Below, piece by piece: positions 23,735 to 35,700 of a DNA stretch of 64,000 bases. The DNA comes from Antedon mediterranea (Eukaryota; Animalia; Echinodermata): NCBI RefSeq assembly GCF_964355755.1, contig NC_092671.1, positions 17,112,001 to 17,176,000 of the forward strand. The letters are read 5' to 3'. The notes beneath the pieces are model-generated. The model was not told the origin of the DNA. It worked only from the letters and a program-made list of their open reading frames with translations, and ran no database searches. How positions within the stretch are numbered: the stretch's first letter is position 1; every line of letters begins with the position of its first letter. Position numbers and translations under genes: made by a program.

Positions 23735-26700
23735 TTGTTTGTTTGTTAGCAGGATCACTCAAAAAGTATTTAAAGAGCTTTACCAAAATAAATAAACAGA
23801 TAGATATGTGGTTAAGGACCATTTCATTAAACCATGGTCCCAATTCTGGACAACTTTTAGTATACTTTTCAGACCTGCTAGTGTTAAAAGAATTTTTCAA
23901 AAGCCAGCGAGCAGTCTTAAAGTAACAAGTAAACTGAAATTGCATTTTCTCGAGAACTACTTGTCCAAAAAACTTCATTTTTGTAGAAGAGGCAAGAGTT
24001 ATAATTGGTGATTAGTAATTTTAAAACATAATTTGATTTAATGTGCACCTTTTTTGATGAGAGTAGTTTAAAAAACCTATTTCTTTTCAAATTTACTCGT
24101 TTGATTTTCGCGTTGCTGTTCTATTGTTAGTCAACTGAAGCTATTGTTAATTGAAAGGCTTGTTACATAACCATTACACTAAACTCGCATACACATGCTT
24201 GTAGTGAAATTAGCCTAAAGCACAAACAGCATTAAGACACACACAAATATATATAAATATATATATTTTTTCCCGGAGAAATCTTATGTAGGAGAATTTT
24301 ACAGTAGGCAGAGGTATGCACTCTCGGAGTGGCTTTCTAGTTTAATATTTGCTTCCAAATCCTTCCCACCATGCATTGTGTAATGACGTTCCTCAGAAAT
24401 CTTGTATATTTGTGATAAACCTTAAGTTCAAAATAATCATTAATTAAATAGTTATATCAGCATTGCTAATTCCTTTGAGTAAAAATATGAATGATTTCTA
24501 TTTCAAGCATTTTATGTGGTCATAGCATTAAATATGTAAGCATTAATGTGAAACTGCAGTTATTTTTATATTTAATTACGTCTTGGTGCAGATTTACGTG
24601 CCAACATGAGAAAACATTCAACTATAAATAACTGAAAATAGCGCATTTGTAATCCTGTACATACAATTCTATGTTTATAATGAGTTAGAATGGTTGGAAA
24701 TGATGAGAGTATAATCATGTGAAAAAAGAAATATATTGCAGATTAGTAAAATAGATGGAGTAACATTTGAACATTATGAACTTCTCAATAATAATGTTGT
24801 AAATGTTATATACTGTATAAGACTGTGTAGCCAGGAGGTCCAAGTATGACTTTCGGAGATAATTGGTTATCAGCAACTTAGTTGCGGATAACTGGTTATT
24901 CACAACTTAGTTGCGGATAACCCTTGTTATTGTAAAAATCTTTTTTTTTCATCTTTATTCTTCTTTCTTTCCCGGATTTTTGTGTGTCACATATCTCTCA
25001 TCTATGTCAACATAAGATTGTATAACTTTGTCAAAATATTGACCTGTAGCTGTAGATGTGCAAGAAACTTATTATATAACGTTTTATGAATTTCAATGAT
25101 TGGTCATAGATTTTAAACCAAAAGTAATTTTGTATTGACACTTTTAAGTCATATTAAGGGCAAACTTTCTATGGATTAAAAATGGCATGTTTTACAAGAA
25201 GTTACGCGCGCACGCGCATTTAAAGTTTGAAAATGTGCAAAATTTCTAATCAACTTTCCATGCTGATTCATGACATTTTGAGCATGTCAAAATTTCCCGC
25301 TCGGGCGAACATTTTTACGCGTGTGGTGCGCATGGAGTACAAAAATCATTTTTTTTTTCTTGAATTGTGATTTTCTAACCTTTCCTAGTCATTTTTAAAA
25401 AGATTAACATCATTTCAAATTAAAATGACGTCATACGAACACGTTGATTACGGCCATTTGCGTGCGCTTTAGTTGCGAAATTTACAAAATATTGTCAAAA
25501 TTATGCCTAATTTGAATCTATTATAGCTCTTCAGGATCAAAGGTGACCCCAAACTTATTATGTAAGACGATAAATTGTAGATATAAATTCATGCAGAATT
25601 TTTACCTCTCGGATGTTATGATGTTATCGTATGGCCACAGGAATGTAAAATATAGGATTTTTGTCTCTTTCGTTATTGCACATCACATTCAACAGAGCGC
25701 ATCTCGCTTATACGTATTCCATTTCCCCCAATATTTTAATATTGTCTACGTCAATCAACTATTTTTCGCATGAGTTAAAAATATTTTAATTTTTATGACG
25801 TCATCATGTCTAAAAATGTAAATAACATGGGTCACTTACTTTCATCTTTACAGTAAATTTCAATCTGTTATAGCTCGTCAGAATAAAAAGTGATAATCAT
25901 GATTAAAACGTTTTCTGAAAGCTATTGGATTGTAGATACGAATTCATGTGAATATTTTACCAATCAGATGTTGTGACATCATCATATGGCCAGTTGAATA
26001 AAAAAAGTTGTATTTTGATATTTTGCGTCATAGTTCATCACATTTAAAAGAGCGTGCATCTATATTTTACGTATCCAAATTTCTTCAATATGTTGTTGAT
26101 ATAATTTCCTTCCAAAATTGCTATCTACGTGATTTATTTTGATGACGTCATCATCTTAAAAATTGGATTAAAAGATGGGTCTCGTAATTTCATCTATGCT
26201 ACACTGTATAACATATACTGTACAGTGTATTCTGTAAATACTGTTATAATACCCCAATGTGTACACATATGTAATTCATGTCATAGGATGGCATAAAAAT
26301 TGTCGACGTTCATATAGTTTAACGTATGTGCATGTTAAATTCGTGAGGTAATTTCCCGCATGATCGTAATCAAAAGAGTACTGGGTATGGTCTACTAGCT
26401 TTCCTGCTCCCAACTCGTCATATATTCATAGTAGCCTTGATGAAGTAAGCCTACCTGGTGGTAACCATAGAACAGTCCCGAGATAACAACTATACTTCGG
26501 CCTTAGTCGATAGAAGATTGAAAAATTGGTTAGAGAGAGTATACAGTGTTTGATTACATTAGTGTTTTATTTGTTACATTATGTGTGGAAGAGTCTATAT
26601 AGAATTGATGTTCCGCGTTTTTATAGTCAATATGATTAATCCATGTCGTTTTGGTTAACCTATATTATTTTATACACATTTAAAATAATTAAAATAATTG

Positions 26701-29700
26701 TTATGAATGATATTTGTTAGTATAAATTCCCTAATAAAAATAGGTATAAAGAAGAAATAGCAAAGAGATTATGGAGCGGCTATTCCTGAATATACAATAA
26801 TAAGTATCGTAAGTTTAATTTATAAATTTTAGGCGATCTTGTCAAAGGTCAAGCGTCATAGCCTGCCACGTTTTGATATTCAATATTTCCCGCATGATCG
26901 TAATCAAAACGGTAATGGGTATGGTCTACTAGCTTTCCTGCTCCCAACTCGTCATCCATTCAAAGTCAAAGTGACGAGTTCAAATCTAGTTGAAGAGTGG
27001 AATTATACTAGAATTATAAAGAAATTTACCAAAGTCTTATGCCCGAAGCCTAAATCAGGGGGTGGGGTTATACTAGAATTGCATTAAAAAAGGAATTTAC
27101 CAAAGTCTTATGCCCGAAGCCTAAATCAGGGGGTGGGATTATACTAGAATGCATTAACAAAGGAATTTACCAAAGTCTTACGCCCTAAGCCTAAATCAGG
27201 GGGTGGGGTTATACTAGAATTGCATTAAAAAAAGAATTTACCAAAGTCTTATGGCCGAAGCCTAAATCAGGGGGTGGGGTTATACTAGAATTGCATTAAC
27301 AAAGGAATTTACCAAAGTCTTATACCCGAGCCTAAATCATGGGTTTATATTCGAGAATGAGATTATACTTCATCATTTAAATATATATACTGTACATTAT
27401 TCCAAAATGACTCAACTTACAATTATTGTCACTTAAGGTTGACAAATGAATCATCTTGTCATAGTGTTTTCATAAATTCATATAAACCTATCTAGCCATT
27501 TTTCCATTTTGGGTGTTTATCAATGTATACAGGTATCAATATGGTTCTAAACAATTTATTATTATTATGGCGGACGTCTGTCACAAAAGACAATGTCAAT
27601 TAGCCTTACGTTCATTTGAATGATGGATGAAACTAAGCCAGGACTGGCTGGTCCTATTGACCAAGGGCCTTATTTGTCCAGTGCCCACCTTGGCCAGAGG
27701 AGAGGCATAACTAATACGTCTGAGGCAAATACTAGATGCATACAGTATTAGCATATCACATGTTTTCAAATTAGTTCGTTCCATTGAATTTGTTTGACGA
27801 TGGTGAAAGTTTCTTGACATTATAGTTTCCTGCTGAGTTTATTAATAAATTACGTAATACTATATTATTATTATTGCAGCAGATTACACCAGGTACTCAC
27901 TTTACTCCTGCCTGCGTAAAAACCAACTGGTGTTAAAAGTACAATGACATAACAAATCCTCCTACAGGTTCTATACTCCTAACCTTATGTTTAACCATGG
28001 AAAGCAGTAACTAACTAACTAATTTATTATTTCTCACACCATATGTTCAAGAGTTTTCCAATTTAATAATAATTCGAGTTTTTCAATATTACCATTGTGT
28101 ATGGCTTTCCTTTTATAATGTAATCTAATTCTAGGAATTGTTTATTTATTTTATTTTTTTATTTCAACACATATGAAAGTGTAATAAAACTCGCAAATGT
28201 ATGATGGAAAATAGGCCATGCTTTCTAAAAATAGTGTCAATGTTTTGAACTAAAGAAAAGTCAACATTTTTGGAAACAGATGTGGCATTGACTAGGAGGC
28301 AGGATTTAAAGCAAGAAACTTGGGATTTGTAAGCTATAGCGCATTATTTAGAAGCTTTTAAGCTTTAAGATGTAATGATACTTTATTAAGATTTTTTTCT
28401 TTTTAGCAATTTTAATTGATAAAAAAAAAAAATTTAAATAAAGTATCATTACATACTGTATTATGTATTTCTATGGACAGAAATGTTCTTTTCCCCAAAT
28501 TTCCCCTTTCTTTTGCTAATCGTTACTTTTCTGATACAGTAATTAATAAGTGTTATATTTTAAATCTCAGATAAAAACAGATAAATAAAAATGAAATTAA
28601 AATAGGCAGATGACAAAATCTACCCAGTGACTCTTAGCGAAAATTTAGCGAGCAAAGAGGACCTGCCACAAGCAACGATAGAGGGCATGATTTGCCGGTA
28701 TTCGTACAACCAATTGTGCCTAGAATCATCTGCAATAAGATCAACTTAATGCTTACGGGGACATAAAAAAATGTTGAGTTAAAAGTAATTTTTCATTCAT
28801 TCATTCTCTTTCGTGTTTTACATATTATCAATTAACACATACAAAGTTTGAACACCTGTTCTATTTAAACTGAATTATTCTCATATTATTGTATTGAAGT
28901 AGTAAATTGATACTCTATATATTAGACATATGGACATATTGCAGTCAAATATGTTATAAGTACACATTAATTATTCATTGTTAAGTTTGAAGAAAAATTA
29001 AAAACAAGCTAATATGACATGATTGACAACTTTTCAAAACAAATAAACCAACATGAGCCAAGCTTCGGGTTAAGGTTTTTTTTAAGTGGGTGATAATAAT
29101 AATAATAATAATAATAATCTTATTTGTCTAGTGTAAAGTATTAGTCTTTTTTTAAGCCAACAAAATGCAGAAATAAACAAATTCTTGAGTTTTTACATTT
29201 TGTTCAGGAAAACTATAAAAAAAAAGACCTAAAAATGAATTGTGAGATTTACTGCAACTGAATTCAGTGAATTTTATGGACTATGTCAGCCCAGATTAAA
29301 GTAATTTCATAATATTATGTTTTATAATTTTGAATTATGCAAGACGTGAAACAATGTATTTGATGTGATAGTCATATTGGAGACAATTTTTTATCTAGCT
29401 TGACTGTTTTGGTCTAGACTATTAGCCTTCTTGAAAGATAAAGTAAAAAATAATGACTCTTACCTAATATAAATAGAATCTCTACTATTATATCTGGTAC
29501 TAGCGTCTTGGACGTTTTATTCATTCCTAACACGTCACTTAAAAAGCTAACATTATATGGTACTATTACGGCTATGTATAATGTTGCTAATAATATAATA
29601 CAATCCCATATAGTCTTAAATGTACTGTAATGAAGAAAAATAAACTGCGATTTTTGCATAGCTGCTACTTTATATTCTGGTAGGTTGGTTTGTTTTGGGG

Positions 29701-32700
29701 CAAGTAATGTCTGAAAGAAAAAAAGAAAATTTATGTTGAGTAAACGGATCTAAAGTTTCAAACTAATGACAAAAAAGATGGGGATTTATTTTCACTAGAT
29801 TAGTGTAAAAAAAATCAAACTTAATTAAAAAGTCAAACTCTAGTGGGGCATTTAAACCCAACAAGTGTCCCATATTATAAAGATGTCCAATGAATATGGG
29901 TTGGCTGTAATCGTGTGAACGTGTGGCGCAGTGCGTTTGACATTGGATTCTGACTGTGAGATTGGTAGTTCAGTCCAACGCTCATCACATTGCTTGTGTC
30001 TAGGAAACTTAGGGCCTGTTTCTGCTGAGCAGAAATAATCGATTATTAACTGTTTATTTTTTTAATCGATTATTTTTTGGCAGCAGAAACGGCTCAAAAT
30101 AAAATAACCGATTAAAAATAACCGATTAAAAACACTCAATCCATTGCGTGTTTTAATCGATTATTTCTTGTTTTAACCGATTATTGCGGAGCAGTTTTGA
30201 GCTGCAACACAAATAGCGATTATTGACCTCACTTTGACCTCTAGAATATGAAAAACTTATTCACGTCACAAAGCATGCTGTTTATTTGCGCGATATTGAC
30301 GACGATCAGCAAAACCACGATCGCGATGTAGACCGAATAACAATCAAATGTTAAACATTTGATTTTTATTATTTTGTGGGGGAGAATTATACCGAGAGAC
30401 TCCAGGATTCTGTGTTACAAGTACACCCGTTACATACCACCAGTCCAGGCTAACGATGTTTTATTTTAGGCCTGTTGTCTGTTGACTTGTTTCGGTAGAA
30501 ATATATAGCCTATAGGCCTAGTAATAGCAGGCCGAAGGTAGAACCAACGAACGGCGAAACAAACTTTTTTCGTCGACGTGTCTTTATTAATATAACATCA
30601 TCATTATTCTGTTGTATGTGGTACGGTAGTAGGCCTAGATGCTTATTTTACAAATAATATAGCTTTACGTAAGAGTAATTTTTAATCCTACATTTGAGAG
30701 TTTTAGGCAGCCATAGGATGTGAACAAACCAACTCTCATCGGCCTTTCATAACTTGAACTGCGCTGTGGGGGAACAATGACGTGATTTTAAAAACCGATT
30801 ACCTGAATAACCGATTAAAGTCGTAGCAATTTTCAATTGCAACACGATTATTTTTGTGGTTTGCGGTGACTGGAAAAAATCGATTATTTTGATTTTTTCA
30901 GCAGAAACAGACCATTACTTACATTTGTTTACGTTTCTCTCCACCCAGGTGTACAAATGGCCACCTTGTAAGAGGTCAAAGCTGATTACTAGCTGCACAT
31001 TAAAATTATGAGTGTATATTTCCATACGTATTAATAAAAAATGACTGAGTAATAATGTGAAGAACTAATAGAACAATGTTTGATTGTTATTCTTTATATA
31101 TGTTGCTCTATAGCAAAATCACAAATTACATTATTTGAACTTACACTGTTTAGTTTAAGCTTCCGTCTCTTTTTTTCTTGTTCTTTAAGATGACCAGAGA
31201 GATGATATAAAACTGCTCGACTCCGCCTCCTTTGGTAGATTCCATTAGGAGGTTTTTCATCACCAAAAAGATCTGTGTGTATATCATCTTCATCATCTTC
31301 ATCATTATCTCCATCTGCAAAAATTAAACAGTATATTTTGTTTATAAATATTTAATTCCACAACCCACCATAAGAAGAACAGTTAGGCTACACAAAATTA
31401 ACAAATTGGAATTTTAGGTAAATTATCAATTTACACTCATGAGCAGTTTTCTTGCCCAAGAAGATAATTTACCAATTTCAACTGTTCTTCCAAAAAGCTA
31501 TATTATTCATTTGTTCTGATGATATCCATATATTCAGTAGCATCAGGAAACATTATAGTGGAACAGTTTAACTTTGCTTACTAATCTTGAAGAGTTGGTC
31601 CAAATCATAATTCAACAAAAAAACTATAACAATGCAACTACCAGCATACTAGCCAACTAGCATAAAAGGTTTATCGCAGATAGCCGATGTCACAAGTTAA
31701 GTCATTGCACAATGCATAGTGGGAAGGAATTGCAGGTAAAATAAGAAAAAAATCAAGCAAGTGTTGCCCCAATTTCCTTCCCACATGCGTCATGCAAACC
31801 TCATTGGCCATAGCTTCGCAGTCATGGCGACTTCAGTTGTAAAGGGAAGGGGGTGGGGTATAATATGAATGAAAAAGAAATTACTATTTAGTAGGCAGTT
31901 TCAATATTTTTAATTATTATGCAATTCTACATTTTTGTTACTGCAATTTTCTTACTTGTAAACTCTTTTATGCATTTTACCCAAATTACTCAAAATAGTT
32001 TTAATAAAACAAGAATTAAACAACTAAGGTGAACATGTAATTCATCATCATCATCACTCTATATGAATTTTGATTCATCACGGTTGAATATCTTTCTTTA
32101 ATTAGTAAATATTTCTTCTAGCCCATCATTTAATCAACGGTGTGAAAAATCAATATGTATGCATTTTGTAACATCTGATAGAGAACAGGTAGAAATGTCA
32201 TATAGCATCAATTTGTAGTTATATTGATCTGTTAGTCTAAAGACTGCAAACAAAGTTATTTTGATTTGACATTAACTGACAAAAACACTTTATCTTGAAC
32301 GGTTCCCACACTACTGTAGGTCAATGTTCATTCATCAATCAATGTTTATCAGAATTTCAAAAATATTCTAATATTGATAACATAAATGCAATTATTTAAC
32401 TCTTCATGTATACTCATTATAACAATGGTGATAAAAAAAAAACAATCTATATAATAATAACTAGTAAATTGGTCACATCATTTTACTATCTCCTCCGAAA
32501 CCACTAAATTGAACTGCTCATATTTTGCCTACTCATTTTTCTTGATAAGCCGCTCACGATAGGCTTTATTACAAACATGAAATTTAATGATAAACAATAC
32601 AAAAAGTGGAAAAAATGTATTAAAATCATACAGTATTAAAATTAAATTAATCACCACAATAACATATTTTTGCTTTCTTTATTCAGTCTAAAATTAGTCT

Positions 32701-35700
32701 TTAATGAATAAAATGTAATTTTAAAAAAACTGTTTAACCATATGAATTTATGAATAATATTTTTAAAATCAAACAACACACTTTTGTAAAATATTTATAA
32801 CAAAAGCAATCTAGTGTTTGACCTATCTATGCATAAATCATCTTCTGTATAATTATAAAAATCCTAATAACTTGTATTTGTACATGCTCTACAAAATAGG
32901 TCTCGGAGCACTGTACATTATTACCCACGAGTCATAGCAATGTCTATGGAGTAATACACAAATCTTAATGAAAATTTCAGATTGACGTCATCAGCATACA
33001 GTAATTGCATTATAACTTTAACTAGCTACATTTAAGGTCTATGAGTAATCAAACCAGTAGAAAATAAGGAAAAAATACCATCTACTGATATTAAGTCTTC
33101 TGATCATTCTACACGTATTTGATGCATTAGATGAATCATGATATATGACACATATGGGTGTGTGCTAATAACCAAGAGTGGGCGTATACTAATACTTGAT
33201 AACACATGTACAACAAAAATATAACTGTGAATATATAGATATCTCCTGGGATAATCTTACCGAGTTCCACTTACACGATGTAATGAACTTGCTGTGTGAA
33301 AAAAGATATGCGCATATGCGCATACACTGCTATGTTACATCCATGTAATCTTCACAGGCATCGCTGAGGCCTATAAAGATTAATACTACGCCGCCTTTTT
33401 CTGTGTTTTTACATTGACACAAAACCGCTTTAGCACGTTCATATAAATGTATTTGTTACTGTAAATTAGGTATAGTGTTTATTACAATACAATTTTACCT
33501 AAAAATTTAGGAGGATACAATTGAATGCTATCCAATCTAATTTCCTAGCCATTTTACAGAAAATTATTCTGGAATCCACACGTCTATCGCACATTGCTTC
33601 AGAATGACATAATATAAACAAAAATAATTTAAGACGTAATACTTACTACAACTAACCTCTCAACAGATGTAGGCTATAAGATAATAATTGATGTTATGGC
33701 TATTAAAGTAAGGAATAAACATGTCTATAACTAACCTTTAAACATAAATGTGCTCATCTTTGTATGCGTAATATCTTTATGAGATGCAAGAAAAAGCACA
33801 ACTTCTCCTTTTTCATTTCGAATAGGAACTATATCAAGAAGGCAACAAAATTCTGAACCTGCAAAGTATAAGAAAAAAAGTTGATAATGAGAAACAAATT
33901 AATGTCTATTTCAAATGCATTCATTAGAGAAAAAAAAAATTAATTACCGTACAGTGTATTATCTGTTAAAATAATTATAAGCTATAGGCCTAATAAGAAA
34001 TGTTTTCCCAATTTTAATTCTGGTTAAAAGATAGACTTCAGTATAATTTCAGTGGAAGAATCAGGGGTGTAGTGCTAGGGACGTGAACTCCTTCCTTTTG
34101 ATAGCTAAATAACAAACTTTTATATCAACTTTTCACTATTAATAATAATAATAATAATTTATTCGGAAAACGCTTTTTGAACAGCGGCACACATAATAAT
34201 GGTGCATCCTTAAAACAATTAAACATACAATATAAACATATATGAGTATAAAAATAGGTAGACTAGATTAAAACAGATAAAATACTTACTAAAATACAAA
34301 TTACCACTAATTAATTATTAAGGTCTCACAAAGTGGTCATTAAAAAGAGGTAAATTTTACTGATAACAAATTCCAACATTTGAATCACGGTGTTCATTTG
34401 CACAAATAAAATTATAAATATTTGTTTTGAAATAATTTAACATTTTCCCAAATAAGGTTTCAATTCAAATGAAAAATATAACAATATTATTTATTGATAA
34501 CAATATTAATTTGACATCAACGTGCTGTAGCTATTGGCAACAGGCATATCAAGCTGAAAGCAGCCTTCAGAATTGCTTTATAAAAATAGATCTACAATGA
34601 ATATAAAATATTGGATAAGACAAATATCAAAATTTTGTAAATAATTGAAAATTCTGTGAAATTTGGTCTTTCTGAATTTGAAAACTTGAAATTTGCTTAG
34701 CAATGATAAATGATAATAGTATGCTTCTGTGAATTGATGATGTATAAACTCAAAGTGCAAAAAATAGTACAAATTCTTGCATTATAAATTTGAAGGTTCG
34801 TAATAAGTATACGCATTTATAATGACCAGAGCAGCGTTTTGGTATTCAGTAGGGAATATTCACATTGCATTGATTCAACATCAGACTGTGTCAATTCTAC
34901 TGCATTGCTTGTGCATCCAATCTAGAGGTCATAGGATTGATCACACTACTAATGATATTTTTCTGATATTAAACCTTTACTTTTAAAGCATTTGGTAACA
35001 ATGCATCTTCCATGCCATTATAGGGAAGATGATTAGTTAGTTTGATTTATTAACCAAGCTATATATCTTATATTTAGGCCACGATAAAGTGATTTTATCT
35101 GAAAGAAAGGTACATAAATTGTAATATTTTTTACAGACAACTATATTTTAAATATTAATATAGTAAAATAAACAAAATATATAAAACTTTTTTACTACAT
35201 TAATCTGTCCTCCCTGTCAATGAATGAACTGATTAATATCAATCATCGTCATCAGGAAATATTAACATTTAAAATACTTAAAGCTTGGACTGATAGTGCA
35301 CTGCATTCTGTAATGTTTTGTAGACTTTGGGATGCATTACCCATGGATTTAAGAAATGCTTTTATCCTATTACAAGTATGAAGTACATTTAAAAGTAACC
35401 TAAGGGAACATTACTTACCCGTTAATTAAGTTAATAAACAATTGGGATGAAATATTACAGTACTTTGTACTTAATTTATTATTAACATTTAAAACATATT
35501 TTAATGTAAATTAAAAATAATTTTTTGTTATAGTTGTTTATTTATAATTTAATTTAGCATTTACATATATAAACTATAGGCCTAATATAATTAAGTTATT
35601 CTTTTGAGATATTAATTTATCATCATCTACATTTATATATTATTTGTAATAATTAGTCACTGGTTGGAGGTACACACCTAATTGGTGACAGTGGCTTAGG

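Noticed and set aside
33261-33291. Possible 31-nt cassette exon between exons 3 and 4 (CAG|...|GTAAGA)
   Set aside because: Length is not a multiple of 3, and exons 3 and 4 already join in phase
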